This document shows positions 62,156 through 64,000 of a DNA stretch of 64,000 bases, in pieces. The notes beneath the pieces were generated by a model that was given only the letters and a program-made list of their open reading frames with translations, did not search any database and was not told the DNA's origin. Location of the stretch: positions 8,848 through 72,847 of the forward strand of contig JAFWXO010000013.1 in the NCBI GenBank assembly GCA_017545865.1. Reading direction: 5' to 3'. The stretch is from Clostridia bacterium. Its GTDB lineage: Bacteria; Bacillota; Clostridia; Christensenellales; Borkfalkiaceae. The number at the start of each line of letters is the position of its first letter. Positions within the stretch are counted from its first letter, which is position 1. The translations under genes were made by a program, and so were the position numbers.

Positions 62156-62939
62156 GTACTCACTCGTTTTAGGCGCAACGGGCGGTATCGGCAAAGAATT
62201 TTGCCGTTTGCTTGTTAAGCGCTCGGAAAACTTAATAATTTCGGGTAGAAGTAAAGAAAAACTCGAAAGTTTAAAAGCGGAACTTTTGTCTATTAACTCA
62301 ACCGTTTCAGTTATAGTTAAAGAGTGCGATTTAACGGCTAAACCGTCTATTAGCGAACTTTTTTCTTTTATAAAAGAGAACGATTGTTCGTTATCGGGGC
62401 TATATTTCGTTTCGGGAATCGATACGAGAAAGGCGTTTACAAAATACACCGAAGATAAAATTTCAAGTCAAATTGCAGTTAACTTTGAAAGCGCGGTTAT
62501 AATAACCAAAAAATGCTTAGAACTAAGGGCGGATAGTTTTGATATGCTTATCGTATCTTCCGCTTGCGGTTTAACGCCTATGCCGTACTTTTCATTGTAT
62601 TCAGCAACTAAATCGGCGCTCGTTTATTTTTATAAAGGCTTAAAAGCCGAACTTAAAGGCGAAAGGGTTAAAATAACGGTCGTTTGCCCGGGTAGCGTGC
62701 CCACTCGTGAAGATATTAAGGAAGATATCAAGGCGCAAGGTCTTCAAGGCAGGCTTTCTAAAGTAGAGCCAAATAAGGTGGCTGAAAAATCGCTAAAAGC
62801 CTTAAAGAGAAACAAAACGGTGTTTATTCCGGGGTTTTATAACAAACTCGTGGCGTTTATATCAAAACTCACGCCTTACGCTATAAAATCAAAAGTTATA
62901 GCAAAAAAATTCAAAAATAAAGAAAAGGATGCTTTTTGA
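62148..62939 (+). CDS. short-chain dehydrogenase/reductase (SDR)
   Basis: TTG start at 62148, 6 nt after AAGGAG (62136-62141). LVLGATGGIGKEF (TGxxxGxG) and catalytic YSATK. Confidence 0.75.
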   Translation: MTKYSLVLGATGGIGKEFCRLLVKRSENLIISGRSKEKLESLKAELLSINSTVSVIVKECDLTAKPSISELFSFIKENDCSLSGLYFVSGIDTRKAFTKYTEDKISSQIAVNFESAVIITKKCLELRADSFDMLIVSSACGLTPMPYFSLYSATKSALVYFYKGLKAELKGERVKITVVCPGSVPTREDIKEDIKAQGLQGRLSKVEPNKVAEKSLKALKRNKTVFIPGFYNKLVAFISKLTPYAIKSKVIAKKFKNKEKDAF

Positions 62940-62942
62940 TTA

Positions 62943-62971
62943 TTTACTTTTAGTAAATACTATGTTAAAAT
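62943..62971 (+). promoter_or_regulatory. extended -10 promoter for thyA-folA
   Basis: TTTACT (62943-62948), 17-nt spacer ending in TGT, TAAAAT (62966-62971). Confidence 0.5.
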
Positions 62972-62993
62972 AATTAAAAACGAAGGAATAATT

Positions 62994-63824
62994 ATGAGTT
63001 ACGCAGATAAAGTTTTTATTCAAAATTGTAAAGATATAATAAACAACGGTTACTGGGATACAGACCAAAACGTTCGCCCCCACTGGGCTGACGGTACTCC
63101 CGCGCACACCGTTAAACAATTCGGTATCGTTAATCGTTACGATTTGCAAAAAGAATTTCCTATCCTCACGATAAGAAAAACCTTTTTCAAGTCGGCAATA
63201 GACGAAATTTTGTGGATTTGGCAAAAAAAGAGCAATAATATAAAAGACCTTAATTCTAAAATTTGGGATCAATGGGCGGATGAAAACGGTTCTATCGGCA
63301 AAGCGTACGGTTATCAACTCGGCGTTAAGCACAAGTATAAAGAAGGGGAAATGGACCAAGTTGATAGGGTGCTATTCGACCTTAAAAACAACCCCTATTC
63401 TCGAAGGATAATGACTAATATTTATACCTTCCAAGACCTTCACGAAATGAATCTTTATCCTTGCGCTTATTCTATGACTTTTAACGTTTCGGCAGGTAAA
63501 CTCAACGGAATACTTAACCAACGCTCAAACGATATGGTGGTTGCGAATAACTGGAACGTAGTTCAATATTCAATTTTACTTATTATGCTTGCTCAAGTGT
63601 CTGGTCTTCAGGTTGGCGAACTCGTTCACGTTATTTCTGACGCGCACATTTACGACCGCCATATTCCTGCACTTGAAAAAATGTTTGAACACGAGCAGTT
63701 TGAAGCGCCAAAACTTATTGTAAACACCGAAGTTAAAAATTTCTACGACTTTACGGTTGACGATTTTAAACTCGTTGACTACAAGTCCACACCGTTAGAT
63801 GAAAAGTTGGAGGTGGCAATCTAA
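62994..63824 (+). CDS. thyA: thymidylate synthase (ThyA)
   Basis: 276 aa. Has RRIM, LYPCAY (catalytic Cys) and QRSNDM motifs of ThyA. Confidence 0.92.
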   Translation: MSYADKVFIQNCKDIINNGYWDTDQNVRPHWADGTPAHTVKQFGIVNRYDLQKEFPILTIRKTFFKSAIDEILWIWQKKSNNIKDLNSKIWDQWADENGSIGKAYGYQLGVKHKYKEGEMDQVDRVLFDLKNNPYSRRIMTNIYTFQDLHEMNLYPCAYSMTFNVSAGKLNGILNQRSNDMVVANNWNVVQYSILLIMLAQVSGLQVGELVHVISDAHIYDRHIPALEKMFEHEQFEAPKLIVNTEVKNFYDFTVDDFKLVDYKSTPLDEKLEVAI

Positions 63825-64000
63825 TGAAAGCGATAGTTGCAGTTGATAAAAAATGGGGTATAGGTAAAAATAACGACCTTTTGTTCTCGTTGAAAGAAGA
63901 TATGAAGTTCTTTAGGGAAAAAACGAGCGGTAAAGTGGTTTGCATGGGTTATAACACCTTGCTTTCCTTCCCCGGCTCAAAACCCTTAAAAAATAGAACG
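63824..64000 (+). CDS. folA: dihydrofolate reductase, N-terminal part (3' end lies outside the window)
   Basis: MKAIVAVDKKWGIGKNNDLLFSLKEDMKFFREKT is a DHFR N-terminus. The ATG shares one base with the thyA stop (TAATG). Confidence 0.85.
   Translation, partial: MKAIVAVDKKWGIGKNNDLLFSLKEDMKFFREKTSGKVVCMGYNTLLSFPGSKPLKNRT

Noticed and set aside
1-64000. Looked for CRISPR arrays, cas genes, integrases/transposases, reverse transcriptases, restriction-modification or other defence-island signatures.
   Set aside because: No regularly spaced repeat arrays were seen in any spacer, and the largest non-coding gap is 350 nt. None of the translated ORFs shows recombinase, RT, nuclease-helicase or toxin-antitoxin hallmarks that I can recognise. 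Absence is by eye only.

Overview
Chromosomal segment from a low-GC, spore-forming Firmicute, probably Clostridia-like (it has a pro-SigK-type sigma factor and the secDF-recJ-relA-MBL-hemZ gene order). Almost all genes are on the + strand. I found no CRISPR array, integrase, transposase, reverse transcriptase or recognisable defence genes.

Gene content:
- 1-15.9 kb, housekeeping: asd (partial), aspartokinase, secD, secF, recJ, relA, an MBL hydrolase, a HemZ-like radical-SAM enzyme, rpsO, pnp, metY-like and metA.
- 16.0 kb: a tRNA-Gly(CCC) behind a consensus promoter.
- 16.15-38.4 kb, Wzx/Wzy-type surface-polysaccharide locus of about 22 kb directly after the tRNA: 7 glycosyltransferases (including GT11 alpha-1,2-fucosyltransferase-like and GT32-like), a TviB/TviC-like UDP-HexNAc-uronate pair, a TupA-like ATP-grasp, a pyruvyl transferase, an FrhB-like Fe-S protein, an acetyltransferase, and two different bifunctional pyrophosphorylase + GHMP-kinase salvage enzymes. 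One of these is Fkp-like and appears frameshifted.
- 38.4-64 kb: cysK, a DeoR regulator facing a GlpA-like/oxidoreductase/DUF1667 trio that is followed without a gap by a cation antiporter and mgtC, a DUF624-methyltransferase-hslO-TPR block, a NitT/TauT-type ABC importer, valS, an EamA/LysR pair, RNase J, an O-methyltransferase + U32 peptidase pair (YrrM/YrrO-like), sigK-like, an SDR, thyA and folA (partial).

Most unexplained signals:
1. Two diverged copies of an intergenic element (45467-45630 and 60009-60132). Each begins at or on a stop codon. They share sequence blocks and a compatible RNA fold. I could not assign them to a known family.
2. The mosaic polysaccharide locus, with its unusual enzyme combinations and no initiating transferase or chain-length genes.

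All product calls come from reading motifs in the translations; no database search was possible.
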